64,000 nucleotides of DNA from Candidatus Omnitrophica bacterium UBA6233 (GCA_002440965.1 DJWJ01000026.1:23439-87438), one strand, 5' to 3'; shown: positions 1 to 9,746, counted from the first letter of the stretch. Made by a program: numbers and translations. Notes: generated by a model from the letters alone, not told the origin.

Positions 1-1577
1 CCCGGCGTTTTGTAGGAAGTCTTGAATTCAGACTGGGTTATGGCTGGCTTGGTTATGCCTAAATCCCCTGACCACAGATATTGAAGTTCAACTTGCAGAC
101 AACCGGTAGGGCCTAGAGACGTAACGCTATGAATAGCAACCTCTTCGCCTTTTTCCGGCAAATGTCGGCTAGATTCCAGACTTACCTTGCTCATATTCAA
201 ATTGGCAAATTCTTCTTTCAAAGCGGCATCCAAGCCCAGTTTAAGATTATATTCAAGAGGCTTGCCTTGATTGATTTCGCTCAATCTTTCCTGAATTACA
301 GCTAAGGCATCCGGATCAGAATTTCCCATCTTTTCCAACAACAAATTATAATATTCCTTGGCCGCCGGCAATTCCCCTTCCCACTGCTTTAACAAGCCTA
401 ATTGGTATAAGCCGGCTAACACATGTGGAGACAAAGCTTCTTTCCGGGCCAGCTGTTCAAAATACTCCCTCCCCGATTTCAGATCCCGCAAAACATAAAT
501 AAAGATAACCCCGCTTTTGTAGGCAACCTCATCGGCATGACTGCTTTTCGGAAAGGTTTTTAAGAACTCGGTATAAACATCTTTGGCCTGAGCAAAAACC
601 TTGGCCTTTTCCAGATTGAATCCTCGTAAATACATCAACTCCTCGCTCCAGGATTCTTTACCGCCTGCCTCCTCAATCTTCTTAAAGATTTTTTCGGCAT
701 AAAGCGGATCCGCCGCCGCGTTGTTGCTGTAAGCAAAACGCTTGGCGACCTCGGTTAATTCCGAAATCAATTTCTCTTTACTCAAACTTTTGGAAATTCT
801 TTCGATATAAATATCGTAAATAGTCTCCGCTAGTTCTAAATTAGCGTCTTTATAGAATTTATCGGTGATATTTCTTAACTCGGCGTCTTTAATGTCTGAA
901 CCGGCAAGTTTCAGGGCATAAATTTTATACAGCTCTTTGGCCTTACCGCTTTCATTATAAATAATCAGCTTATCCGCGATTTTCCTTACAACTTCCATAT
1001 CTCCGTTTGACTGCGCAAATCCTGTAACGGCGCTCATTAACTCCGTAAGAGACGCTTCACTGAATGTGTCTTGCTGATCCGCGTGGAACTGATACAACAA
1101 AAGCCGGGAATAAATATTTAAGGGGTCTTTAGAAGTAGTCGCGCCTAGCGCCGCTTGAGCGCAATTTACTATATCATCGCGATACTCGTTGCCTTTGGCA
1201 AAATATTCATCCCAGTTTTTAACATCCTCCAGATATTTAAGCTGGGAGTATCTTGCGAACGCTATGTAGTAATTAACAGCCGGCTCGACTGTTTTGTTTT
1301 CGGGACAAATACCCTTTAATAGCCCTACGAAATCAGTATATTTATTATCCTTGAAATACAAATCTTTTAGTTCATCAAGGCAAACTGGCTGGCTGGTTTT
1401 GCCTTCGCAGATACATTTGGTCAAAGTTTCGGCAGCATTTGGCTTTGATTCTTCGGCATATGAATGACAAATGTCAAAACTCAAATTACAAATGAAACTC
1501 AAAATTAAAATGACAAATATTAAAACGAAGGTTTCGTTATTTGAAATTTGACATTCTAGATCATTGGATTTTATCAT
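1..1577 (-). CDS. TPR-like repeat protein with family-specific N-terminal signal peptide; partial (C-terminal part lies beyond window start)
   Basis: Manual translation of the minus strand from ATG at 1577..1575 gives MIKSNDLECQISNNETFVLIFVILILSFICNLSFDICHSYAEESKP... and stays open to position 1. The N-terminus is homologous to the leader of the 4076..6421 gene. The body is helical-repeat/TPR-like (repeated Y/A/L-rich ~34-aa units). The ATG overlaps the upstream stop as ATGA. It is absent from the ORF track only because no stop codon falls inside the window. Confidence 0.55.
   Translation of the reverse strand, partial: MIKSNDLECQISNNETFVLIFVILILSFICNLSFDICHSYAEESKPNAAETLTKCICEGKTSQPVCLDELKDLYFKDNKYTDFVGLLKGICPENKTVEPAVNYYIAFARYSQLKYLEDVKNWDEYFAKGNEYRDDIVNCAQAALGATTSKDPLNIYSRLLLYQFHADQQDTFSEASLTELMSAVTGFAQSNGDMEVVRKIADKLIIYNESGKAKELYKIYALKLAGSDIKDAELRNITDKFYKDANLELAETIYDIYIERISKSLSKEKLISELTEVAKRFAYSNNAAADPLYAEKIFKKIEEAGGKESWSEELMYLRGFNLEKAKVFAQAKDVYTEFLKTFPKSSHADEVAYKSGVIFIYVLRDLKSGREYFEQLARKEALSPHVLAGLYQLGLLKQWEGELPAAKEYYNLLLEKMGNSDPDALAVIQERLSEINQGKPLEYNLKLGLDAALKEEFANLNMSKVSLESSRHLPEKGEEVAIHSVTSLGPTGCLQVELQYLWSGDLGITKPAITQSEFKTSYKTP
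1457..1577 (-). repeat. Leader cassette repeat, copy A (TGACAAATG… family); encodes the N-terminal signal peptide of the TPR-like gene
   Basis: catatgaatgacaaatgtcaaaactcaaat…aaattaaaatgacaaat… is homologous at the DNA level to 6271-6430. Confidence 0.75.
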
Positions 1578-2857
1578 TTTGATTTCGCCTTCTTTTTCTT
1601 GTTATTTAAGTTCGGATTCTTCCAGAACTCCCTAATCGCATAATAAGCCCTGCGGGGCGAACGTATATCCAAACCATCATCCGGATTTTTAGATAAGGAT
1701 ACAATTCCAAACCATTCCTCATTCATATTCTTATTGCCTTCCGCTCTGATATCGTAATAATAACTGCCGTTGGACCAGTTGGATATAGTATCGTGTACAT
1801 TCCACGAATCAGGATTACTGTCATCGTGTTTCCACCATTCATCCGTCCATTCAAACATTATGCCGCCCAAACAATTACCGGCTCCGCGTTTTTGTCCGGC
1901 CAGATTTTCATAGATCTGGCGCCACTGCGATTCCAGAAAAAACGCCTGCATATTCTGGTCTTCTTTCTTTAAAAAAGCGTCATAACAATCCGCTCCGAAT
2001 TCCGACAAAAGAATGGGCTTATCGAATGTCGCCTTTAACGACATGAAAAGATTGCCGAAAGTTTTCCCCCGGTAAATTATACAAGCTACCAAATCCACAT
2101 CCTTCGCTGCTTCTTTGGCATATTCAAGCCCTGCCAATTCTCCGTTACCTAAAGCTACCGGATGGTTCGGGTCAATTTTATGAATCTTTTGGGCTATCTC
2201 ATTAACAAAAGAATAATAAGTCTTGATTCGCAGGCCTTTTTGTTTCTGCGGGTCAGGTTCTTTGTCTATCTCTTCGCTTGACCATGGGTTGACGGTGCCT
2301 ATACAAGAATAATTATTTTCGTTCCCCAAGATCCAAAGCAAGACCCCCGGTTCATCTTTAAGGGAATTAACCATATCCAAAACCTGCTTTTCTATTCTTT
2401 CCCGGAACTTGACGTCTCCGTAAAGCGGACACGGATACTCCCAGAAACCCAGCCAGTCCCCGATAATCGTGCGGATGCCGTATTTCTCATATAAATCCCG
2501 GATTACTGTCTTTACTTTGCCTATATCTTCGGGCACCTGATAAAGCCTGATAGCATTAATACCCATCTCCTTCATCAACTTACCGTCGACGAGCCAGGGC
2601 TTGCGGGAATCGCTCCACCAGTCATATTCGTGATTTTTTCCGATAGGAATGGGGTTATAACAGACGCCCTTAACGACAAACGGACGGCCGTTTACAATAA
2701 GCTGATAATTCTTGTTTTTTAATTTTTTTATAAAGACTTTGGGTTGCTTTGCGCAGCCAAAAATAAAAAATAAAAATAAGATACAGGCCGCAAAAACAGC
2801 TGCTTTGCGGCCTGTATCAATCACAGATTTATTGCTATTATTCAAACTTGATTTCAT
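1574..2857 (-). CDS. Secreted/lipoprotein clan GH-A TIM-barrel glycoside hydrolase (GH17/GH72/GH5-like)
   Basis: The ORF 1574..2896 contains YQLIVNGRPFVVKGVCYNPIP, a WILGNENN acid/base NE motif, a LLSEFGADCYDA nucleophile EFG motif and GGIMFEWTDEWWK. It is paralogous to the C-terminus of the giant ORF and to the C-terminal half of 4076..6421. The N-terminus MKSSLNNSNKSVIDTGRKAAVFAACILFLFFIFGCAKQ looks like a lipoprotein signal. The start is ambiguous: ATG at 2857, ATG at 2896 or GTG at 2824. The first two overlap the 3' end of the 2838..3992 gene. Confidence 0.7.
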   Translation of the reverse strand: MKSSLNNSNKSVIDTGRKAAVFAACILFLFFIFGCAKQPKVFIKKLKNKNYQLIVNGRPFVVKGVCYNPIPIGKNHEYDWWSDSRKPWLVDGKLMKEMGINAIRLYQVPEDIGKVKTVIRDLYEKYGIRTIIGDWLGFWEYPCPLYGDVKFRERIEKQVLDMVNSLKDEPGVLLWILGNENNYSCIGTVNPWSSEEIDKEPDPQKQKGLRIKTYYSFVNEIAQKIHKIDPNHPVALGNGELAGLEYAKEAAKDVDLVACIIYRGKTFGNLFMSLKATFDKPILLSEFGADCYDAFLKKEDQNMQAFFLESQWRQIYENLAGQKRGAGNCLGGIMFEWTDEWWKHDDSNPDSWNVHDTISNWSNGSYYYDIRAEGNKNMNEEWFGIVSLSKNPDDGLDIRSPRRAYYAIREFWKNPNLNNKKKKAKSK

Positions 2858-3992
2858 CCAGATAGAAAGTGGCGCCTTCAGGATTATTATCGACATTTGC
2901 CGACCAGCAGAAACCGCCGATAATATAAGACATATCCTTGCCTTTTAAGTCAATGCTGTATTGCTTCCATTCTTTTTCCAGAATGACCGGCCCGATAACC
3001 GCGCTATCCGAATCGGAGAACTCACCCATAATACCGCCAACCTTAAACTCTTCGATGCGCTCGCCGCCTTTTGCGCCACGCGCGTAGAATGTCAGCTTGG
3101 TCGCCTTGGATAGATCGAACCCGGAATCAACCGTTCCCCAGTTATTAGCCGGATGCTGCCAGAATATCCCTGCCCAGCCGGAACCCTGCGTTTTTTGCCC
3201 GCTGTAAATTATCTTTACGCAAGTATCGCCCAGGTAGGGATCATCCTTTGAAGCTCCATCATACTTTAAGTCCCCATAATCACCCATCCAGCCCGAAGGA
3301 ATAAAATGATTCTTGGCTGAAGAACGGTCAGAGTAAATATAAAAAGGCAAAGCTTCCTGTTTCTTGCCTTCCGGTTTCAAAGAGGCGTCCGACTCGAATT
3401 TGACATCATCGATATAAAGCGTTGCCCCCTCGGGATTTAAATCCGAGGTTATCGTCCAGCCAAAACCGCCATTAATATAGGAAAGGTCTTTTCCGCTTAA
3501 ATTAACGGTGTATTGTTTCCAGCTATCGGTAAGTTCAATCGGCCCCATCTCCACTGACGCCGTATCCGGGTATGTGCCTTTTATGCCACCGACCATAACC
3601 TTCTGAATCACTTCCCCACCTTTTGCGCCCCGGGCCCAAAAGGTCAGTTTGTTCATACCGCTTAGATCAAAACCGCCTTTTTTATTTCCCCAGTTATTGG
3701 CCGGATTCTGCCAATAAACACCTGCCCAGCCTTGGCCTTGGGACTTCTTGGCGCTGTAGATAAACTGGATGCTAGTGGTGCCGCTTTTAGGATTATCGGC
3801 CGACTGATCATTCATTTTGATATCGCCGTAATCACCCATCCAGCCCGAAGGAATATAATGGTTTCCTCTTGCGTTTTTGTCGCTGTAAACCACGAATTCC
3901 TTTTGCGCGGCTTCGGCGGCTTTTTCTTCAGCCCTGGCTGTAATCGGCAGAGCTAAAGCCATAACTGCTAAAACCAGTACTAACTTTTTCAT
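2838..3992 (-). CDS. Secreted protein with two tandem ~170-aa beta-sandwich carbohydrate-binding-module-like domains
   Basis: ATG at 3992 is preceded by AAGGGGGTG (SD-like, 5 nt spacing); the track's start at 3998 is a GTG. The signal peptide is MKKLVLVLAVMALALPITARA. There are two internal repeats (…HYIPSGWMGDYGD…GWAGVYWQNPANNWG…GGFGWTI…ATLYIDDVKFE and …HFIPSGWMGDYGD…GWAGIFWQHPANNWG…GGFCWSA…ATFYLDEIKFE), typical of CBM-type aromatic-rich sugar-binding modules. Confidence 0.6.
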   Translation of the reverse strand: MKKLVLVLAVMALALPITARAEEKAAEAAQKEFVVYSDKNARGNHYIPSGWMGDYGDIKMNDQSADNPKSGTTSIQFIYSAKKSQGQGWAGVYWQNPANNWGNKKGGFDLSGMNKLTFWARGAKGGEVIQKVMVGGIKGTYPDTASVEMGPIELTDSWKQYTVNLSGKDLSYINGGFGWTITSDLNPEGATLYIDDVKFESDASLKPEGKKQEALPFYIYSDRSSAKNHFIPSGWMGDYGDLKYDGASKDDPYLGDTCVKIIYSGQKTQGSGWAGIFWQHPANNWGTVDSGFDLSKATKLTFYARGAKGGERIEEFKVGGIMGEFSDSDSAVIGPVILEKEWKQYSIDLKGKDMSYIIGGFCWSANVDNNPEGATFYLDEIKFE

Positions 3993-4075
3993 AAACACCC
4001 CCTTTTTTTAAGTTAAAACTAAAAGTAAAAAGTTGAAATCCAAAACCCTTTCTCTCCTTCCCCCTCCGTAAAAAA

Positions 4076-6421
4076 TTATCGCCAAAGTTTTTGATACGTA
4101 TAATATGCCTTGCGCAAATGCCTTAAGAAAGGACTATCCTTGCCATCTCCCTGCCCGCAAAGCCCTAACCATTCTTCATGCATAAAACCATCAGGAAATG
4201 GGCCGGCCCATAAACCTTTGGTATCATGGATAGAAGGTTCATACGCCTTCCACCATTCATCGAGCCACTCAAAAACCACTCCGCCGATTGCGGTTCCCGC
4301 TCCTGATCTAAAAGCCATATTATCTTCGATATCCTCCCAAGAAGCCTTATGGTAGACGGCTTGCGCTTCTTCCGACTCTTCAATAGTCTTTCCTTCGGCA
4401 TAAGCCGGACAACCAAACTCGGTAATAAACGCCGGCTTATCCGCTTCCTCTCTTACACTTTTCCAGAAACGGCCAAAACCGTAATTACCGCGGTAAGCAT
4501 TGGTGCCGAATATATCTATATCGGGAGTATTTTTGCCGAATTTATCCAAAAATAAAATATCTCCGCTGCAAATTGCCACCGGATGATCCGGATCGATAGA
4601 CTTTATTATCCGGGCCACTTCATTGGCGAACCTAAAAAATGCATCCGGCTCGGTGTTAGCGTTACAGGCATAACCATAGACGTTCTCGTTGCCCAAAAGC
4701 CAGAATAATATGAATGGTTCATCCTTATATTCGTTAACCATTTGTTTTACCGATTCAATCATATTCTTCTTTTGCTCTTCGTTGTTATAATCGGTGCCCG
4801 GATTCCACGCCGCTCCTGAACCAATCGCGTATTTGCCGAGGAAATCCCCCATTATCACCCGAATCCCGTAAGTCTTATACATATCCCGTAAAACTTCTTT
4901 ATCTATCTTCAATGGATGATGGTAAAGCCTTATCGTATTAACTCCCATATCCCTCATCAGCTTAAAATCGCCTACAGGGGCCTTCTTGGTATCCGTATCT
5001 AAATAAGAATCGTAGGGGCCATCGGCCTTGCCGTTATGATTGAAATCATCCAGCATCCAGCTGGTCTGCGTGCCTTCATCCGGAGACTGCCCTACCTTAG
5101 TCGGAGAATAAGTGATACCTTTGATTATATAAGGCTTGCCCTCTACCATAAGCTGCCAATCTCCGTTAGCATATTGCGCCGCGTAGACTTTCCCGTTGCC
5201 GGATTTTTTCCTGATTTCCGAAGATTCGGGTTTGGTTTTTGCGATTAATTTATCTAAAAGCCCGACTTTGACAAACTTCCCGGGGCTCACCATCGCCACA
5301 TCGTTGGAAACATCGTTATCATAACCGTTAATTATTTTAATATCCGCGCCTTCAAGCCTGTATCCGATTTGCGGATTGTTACGCAAAATGTAATTTATCT
5401 TGGCGAGCGCGGCTTGGCCCACATACCAGGGCGTATGCCAATAGGTCCAGCCATAGCTAGCCGGAAAATGCACGACTATGGCATAATAGCATTTCAACGC
5501 ATGTTTTGTTAAGCCTGATTTTTCCAGCAACAGGGCTGTATAAAATAATTTTACGCCTTGGGGTTCGTTGGAAGTAGCCCATTTTAAAAACGCCGCCTCT
5601 AAATCCGGCGAATGCGAGAAATCCCATAAATCTCCATCGAGCCGCTTTTCTTTTTGCGCCTTTTTGAATTCCGGATCCCACCTGACTGAAGCCGTATTAG
5701 GGTATATCCCCTCTCCGACCGCGGCAATCAAACCCTCCTGATCAGCCGCTACATACTTGTAATTTTTGGTTCCGGTATCGATAAACTCTCCGTATTTTTC
5801 ATAATTGACAAGGTCTTCGGTTCCTGGGTCATACAAAACGATTTTCGTGGGAAGCTGGCTGACTTTCTTTTTTTGCTCAATTTCAATCGAACCGGTCTCA
5901 ATCTTTTTCAGGCTCTGCTCGCTGGCCAGTTTTAGCGACCAGAACCACCCTCGCGGATCCCAGGCCTGGGCAAACGGATATTTATTAACTATCAATTTGA
6001 ATATTTTCTTGGCTTCCCCGGACTTGTCCTGGCGCATTAAGGACTCTGCCTGAATAAAATAGGCGGTTGCCACATCATTTAAAATTTGCACGTCTTCAAT
6101 TTCATTCTTGGCCTTAGGAAGCGCTTTCAAACCTGCCTCCTGCCTATCCGCTTCATCTTTATATAAATCAATCAACTGTTGGGTATATTTAAAGGTAGCT
6201 TCCACATCCCTCTTGCCGTGACTAGCCCAGGATTTATTAATCAATTCCCCGGAGGACGGCTTGTCTTCTGCATATGAATGACAAAGGTCAAAACTCAAAT
6301 GACAAAATAAATTCAAAATTAAAATGACAAAGGTCAAAACAAATGTTTTGACCTTGGAAATTTGACATTTGCCTGCCTGCCGGACAGGCAGGGATTTATT
6401 TTGAATTTTGGATTTTGTCAT
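4076..6421 (-). CDS. Secreted two-domain glycoside hydrolase: conserved leader, unknown N-domain, C-terminal clan GH-A catalytic domain
   Basis: The leader is MTKSKIQNKSLPVRQAGKCQISKVKTFVLTFVILILNLFCHLSFDLCHSYA|ED. The C-terminal half has KPYIIKGITYSP, LLGNENVYGY (NE) and FITEFGCPAY (EFG, GH72-like FFSEYGCN context), plus GGVVFEWLDEWWK. Confidence 0.7.
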   Translation of the reverse strand: MTKSKIQNKSLPVRQAGKCQISKVKTFVLTFVILILNLFCHLSFDLCHSYAEDKPSSGELINKSWASHGKRDVEATFKYTQQLIDLYKDEADRQEAGLKALPKAKNEIEDVQILNDVATAYFIQAESLMRQDKSGEAKKIFKLIVNKYPFAQAWDPRGWFWSLKLASEQSLKKIETGSIEIEQKKKVSQLPTKIVLYDPGTEDLVNYEKYGEFIDTGTKNYKYVAADQEGLIAAVGEGIYPNTASVRWDPEFKKAQKEKRLDGDLWDFSHSPDLEAAFLKWATSNEPQGVKLFYTALLLEKSGLTKHALKCYYAIVVHFPASYGWTYWHTPWYVGQAALAKINYILRNNPQIGYRLEGADIKIINGYDNDVSNDVAMVSPGKFVKVGLLDKLIAKTKPESSEIRKKSGNGKVYAAQYANGDWQLMVEGKPYIIKGITYSPTKVGQSPDEGTQTSWMLDDFNHNGKADGPYDSYLDTDTKKAPVGDFKLMRDMGVNTIRLYHHPLKIDKEVLRDMYKTYGIRVIMGDFLGKYAIGSGAAWNPGTDYNNEEQKKNMIESVKQMVNEYKDEPFILFWLLGNENVYGYACNANTEPDAFFRFANEVARIIKSIDPDHPVAICSGDILFLDKFGKNTPDIDIFGTNAYRGNYGFGRFWKSVREEADKPAFITEFGCPAYAEGKTIEESEEAQAVYHKASWEDIEDNMAFRSGAGTAIGGVVFEWLDEWWKAYEPSIHDTKGLWAGPFPDGFMHEEWLGLCGQGDGKDSPFLRHLRKAYYTYQKLWR

Positions 6422-6430
6422 TTGTCATTA
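6271..6430 (-). repeat. Leader cassette repeat, copy B; spans the upstream gene's stop, the start codon and the signal peptide of the 4076..6421 GH; contains GC-rich hairpin 6376-6398
   Basis: On the minus strand: TAATGACAAATGACAAAATCCAAAATTCAAAATAAATCCCTGCCTGTCCGGCAGGCAGGCAAATGTCAAATTTCCAAGGTCAAAACATTTGTTTTGACC…CATTCATATGCAGAAGAC. The stem is cctgcctg/caggcagg (8 bp, loop ccgga) and it encodes LPVRQAGK. Confidence 0.8.
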
Positions 6431-7276
6431 CCCAACAACGGCTCCCTGCGTAACTCCCTTGACAATATACTTCTGCATCAAAAGGTATAACAATATAATA
6501 GGTATTATAGATATGGTTAAGCCTGCCATCAAAAGCGGATAGCGCGTGACAAACTCTCCCTGGAAAGTAATCAGAGCCACCTGCAGCGGCATCAGCGGCC
6601 GGGAATCGAAAATAAGCAAAGCCAAAATAAACTCGTTCCAGACATTAAGCGCGTTTAAAACCACAACTACCGCCAATACCGGCTTAGCCAAAGGCAAACA
6701 TACGTGCCACCAGATTCCGAATTTCGAACATCCGTCTATACGGGCGGCATCTTCTAATTCCTTAGGCATCCTGTCGAAAAAAGTCTTTAACAGGAATATA
6801 CTGGTGGATAATCCTACGTTGATCATACACAAAATATAACCGAAAGGCGTATTTCTCAAATGCAATTTATTCAACAACACATACAACGCGACGAAACTAC
6901 CCTGTATAGGAATCATCATTGCCGCGATAAACACGAAAAAGATTATATTCTTTCCGGGGAATTTAAGCCGGCTAAAAGCATAAGCGGCCATAGAAGAGAC
7001 AATGATTATCCCGATAACTACCGAAACTGTATAAAAAAGGCTGTTCAGGAAATACCGGTCAAATCCCCCCTGTATCCAAGCCTGATAATAATTTTCAAAA
7101 TGCGGCACCTTGGGGATAATCGACATATCTTTAAAGATTGTTTCCTGGGTTTTCAAACTCGAGGAAATCATCCAGAGCAGAGGAAAAAGGCAGGTTACCG
7201 ACACGGTAAGCATGAACAAATGAATGATTGTGTTCTCGCTTATTTTCTTCACTTTGTAATAGAGACTTGAACGCAT
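6428..7276 (-). CDS. Carbohydrate ABC transporter permease (MalG/CUT1-like)
   Basis: Six TM helices and the EAA loop motif DAARIDGCSKFGIWWHVCLPLAKP. ATG at 7276 lies 4 nt after the upstream gene's TAA. The track's start at 7318 is a TTG. Confidence 0.85.
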   Translation of the reverse strand: MRSSLYYKVKKISENTIIHLFMLTVSVTCLFPLLWMISSSLKTQETIFKDMSIIPKVPHFENYYQAWIQGGFDRYFLNSLFYTVSVVIGIIIVSSMAAYAFSRLKFPGKNIIFFVFIAAMMIPIQGSFVALYVLLNKLHLRNTPFGYILCMINVGLSTSIFLLKTFFDRMPKELEDAARIDGCSKFGIWWHVCLPLAKPVLAVVVVLNALNVWNEFILALLIFDSRPLMPLQVALITFQGEFVTRYPLLMAGLTISIIPIILLYLLMQKYIVKGVTQGAVVG

Positions 7277-7280
7277 TTTT

Positions 7281-8153
7281 TTAAGCCTTGGATTTTTTAT
7301 TAACCATATACTGGACAAAAGAAATCATACATAAAATAACGCCGAAAGTGATACCTTGCGCGCAGGCATAGCCGAAACGCGATGAGCCGCGCATGGAAGC
7401 AAGTATCCTTAAAACCGGAACCTCTGTGTGATAGCCGGGCCCGCCGCCGGTCATCGTATAAATCAACACAAAAACCTGCATCGTGCCTAAAATCGTCAAT
7501 ATCGCGACCAAAACCACTACCGGCATCATCAGCGGAATAGTAACGTTCTTAAACGAATTCCAGGCGTTTGCTCCATCCACGCGCGCGGCTTCGTAAAGTT
7601 CGCGGGGAATAGTTTGTAACCCGGCCAAAAACAACAAGAAACCCCAGCCAAAGCCTTTCCAGCAATGCACGATTGCTACCGTAGTTAAGGCAGTGTTCGG
7701 GTCAGAGAGCCAGTTATGCGCCAAATTAGCCATCCCGAATTGGGCAAGCCAGTAATTTAAAATTCCGTAATTCCCGTTTAAAATCCACTGCCAGACAAGG
7801 CCGACGACTACTTCCGACAAAACCGGCGGAATGAAGAAAATCAAACGGTAGAAATTTTTCATCCGGATTTCGCGGTCGCACGCCCAAGCCAGCAAAAAAG
7901 CGATGGCGTTCTGAAAGGTAAGCGCGATTAACGTAATATAACCGGACTGCCAGACAGCCTGCCACCAAACCTTGTCGGTGATAACTTCTTTAAAATTACT
8001 CAGTCCCACGAAAATCTTGGTAGGGAGTATCCCGTCCCAGTCAAAAAATGAAAGCTGAAAAACCGAAATAAAGGGAATGATATAAAATACAGCGAAGATT
8101 ATTGTCGCGGGAAGAACAAAGATATAGTTTTCTAGAGTAGCTTTGAGTTTCAT
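7281..8153 (-). CDS. Carbohydrate ABC transporter permease (MalF/CUT1-like)
   Basis: Multi-TM protein with EAA motif YEAARVDGANAWNSFKNVTIPLM. ATG at 8153. Confidence 0.85.
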   Translation of the reverse strand: MKLKATLENYIFVLPATIIFAVFYIIPFISVFQLSFFDWDGILPTKIFVGLSNFKEVITDKVWWQAVWQSGYITLIALTFQNAIAFLLAWACDREIRMKNFYRLIFFIPPVLSEVVVGLVWQWILNGNYGILNYWLAQFGMANLAHNWLSDPNTALTTVAIVHCWKGFGWGFLLFLAGLQTIPRELYEAARVDGANAWNSFKNVTIPLMMPVVVLVAILTILGTMQVFVLIYTMTGGGPGYHTEVPVLRILASMRGSSRFGYACAQGITFGVILCMISFVQYMVNKKSKA

Positions 8154-8174
8154 ATTTATTACTTAAATCCGAAG

Positions 8175-8320
8175 ACCGGAGCCCAAAATTCAAAGTTCAA
8201 AGCTCAAAATTCAAAATAGATCTAAATGACAAATATCCAATGACAAAACTTTAGTTTTAGATTTTGACATTTGGTTTTGGGATTTATTTTGGATTTTGAA
8301 TTTTGTCATTTGTCATTACA
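8175..8320 (-). repeat. Leader cassette repeat, copy C (degenerate, non-genic, between the SBP and permease genes)
   Basis: On the minus strand: TGTAATGACAAATGACAAAATTCAAAATCCAAAATAAATCCCAAAACCAAATGTCAAAATCTAAAACTAAAGTTTTGTCATTGGATATTTGTCATTTAGATCTATTTTGAATTTTGAGCTTTGAACTTTGAATTTTGG. It contains a 31-codon remnant ORF MTKFKIQNKSQNQMSKSKTKVLSLDICHLDLF* that is homologous to the MTKSKIQNKS…LSFDLCH leader. Confidence 0.7.
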
Positions 8321-8322
8321 AG

Positions 8323-9631
8323 CTATATTCTCTTCTTGGCCATCTCGCGTTCTTTAACCTTCTGCACTTCTTGCGCCACCTGTTCCGGAGTTTTCTCGCC
8401 TATAATTATGGATTGAATCCCCTTATCAAAAGCTTCGATAACCGGAGAAAATTCCGATACGCCCCAAACATTCGGATGCGTAGCATTATCCATAGCCCTG
8501 GCGAAGCTCGCCGTAACATCCGGAACCAAATTCGAGCTCTCTTTATTTGCCGGCAGGTTATTGGTCGCCTCTGCCAAATAAACCTGTTGGGGAGCTTCAG
8601 TCAGCCAACGCAGGAATTTGACCGCCTCTTCTTTATTCCTGGAACGGCTATTGACCATAAAAGACGAACCTGCGCCTCCCCAGATAGCCATTGGATATTT
8701 GTTCGAAGCTCTCGGAGGAAGAAACGCCCCATATTCAAGATTAGGATTCATCCCTTTGTAAACATTTACACACCACGAGCCATTAAAAGCAAATACTGCT
8801 TTTTCATTGGCGAACAACTGCTCAGCGGTTTTATTTACCATAGTAACTATACCGCTAGCCAACAATCCCGAATCCTGCATATCTTTAAATAAAGACAAAA
8901 CTTTAACCCAATCCGGGTCAGTATAAGGAACCTGGCCTTTTATAGTAGCGATTACCTTGTCTTTACCCATAATATTAAACGCATAATTATTAGCCAGGCA
9001 ATCAATCATCCAAATCTCTCCCCATCCTGAAACTAACCCCTGCATATTGGCGGCTTTAATCTTCTTTCCGATATCAAGAAAATCCTGAAAGGCCTGCGGA
9101 GGCTGGTTGGGATTAAGCCCTAATTGTTTAAATAAAGACTTATTATAGACCATTTGAATGGTCATTATGTCAATAGGCGCTCCGTAAATACCCGGCTTAA
9201 TTCCATAACTATTGCCTTCGTTAAATTCGTTTACGGCTAAAGCCTTGGCAAAAAAACTATTCTTCCATCTAGCCTCATCTTCCAGCATATAAGGCGTAAG
9301 CTCCAAAACATAATCCGCTTTGATAAAAGAAGCGAAATCCCTTTTCTCGCCCAATATGCCAAAAATATCCGGCAGGTTTGCGCCTTGGGCCGCAGCGCGG
9401 ACTTTCTGCGAATAGGCGTCGGAAGGAGCGTAGAGTTCGAAATTTACTTTTATACCGGTCTTGGCTTCGTATTTTTTAGCCAGCTCATTAAAAGCGGGGC
9501 CGCGGTCAGTCATCCAATGCCATACCATCAGAGTGGTTACAGCCTTATTTTTTTCGGCAGGCGCGCAACCGATCAGGCAAAAGACGCAAGAAACAATTGC
9601 TAGCGATAATATTCTAAACCTAGAACTCCGC
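8323..9631 (-). CDS. ABC transporter extracellular solute-binding lipoprotein (sugar, family 1)
   Basis: ATG at 9631 is preceded by AGGAGG. Lipoprotein signal MRSSRFRILSLAIVSCVFCLIGCAPAEK, then an SBP_bac_1-like body (…MVWHWMTDRGPAFNELAKKYE…). Confidence 0.85.
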
Positions 9632-9692
9632 ATCTGTCCTCCTATAATATAGTCATTTCCGGCTATTTTCTTATCTAAAGGCGGAATATTAA

Positions 9693-9721
9693 AATTTAAC
9701 ATAAGTTACTGGAAGGGTCAA
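9693..9721 (-). promoter_or_regulatory. Candidate sigma70-type promoter (TTGACC-N17-TAAATT) upstream of the SBP/permease genes
   Basis: Read on the minus strand: TTGACC (9721..9716), 17 nt, TAAATT (9698..9693), in the 115-nt gap between the PilZ stop and the SBP start. Sequence match only. Confidence 0.25.
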
Positions 9722-9746
9722 GGCTTTTATTCAGGTTTTATTGCAA

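Noticed and set aside
2712-2948. 78-aa plus-strand ORF spanning the junction between the genes at 1574..2857 and 2838..3992
   Set aside because: It is antisense to two overlapping, well-supported minus-strand genes, with no motif and no RBS.
6376-6398. GC-rich hairpin gcctgcctgccggacaggcaggg as a rho-independent terminator
   Set aside because: It lies 20 codons inside the coding region of the 4076..6421 gene, on the coding strand, and is not followed by a U-tract. It is more likely a structured element of the conserved leader than a terminator.
8296-8892. 198-aa plus-strand ORF overlapping the SBP gene and the leader cassette repeat
   Set aside because: It starts inside the intergenic repeat and runs antisense through a well-supported SBP gene. 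It has no recognisable domain.
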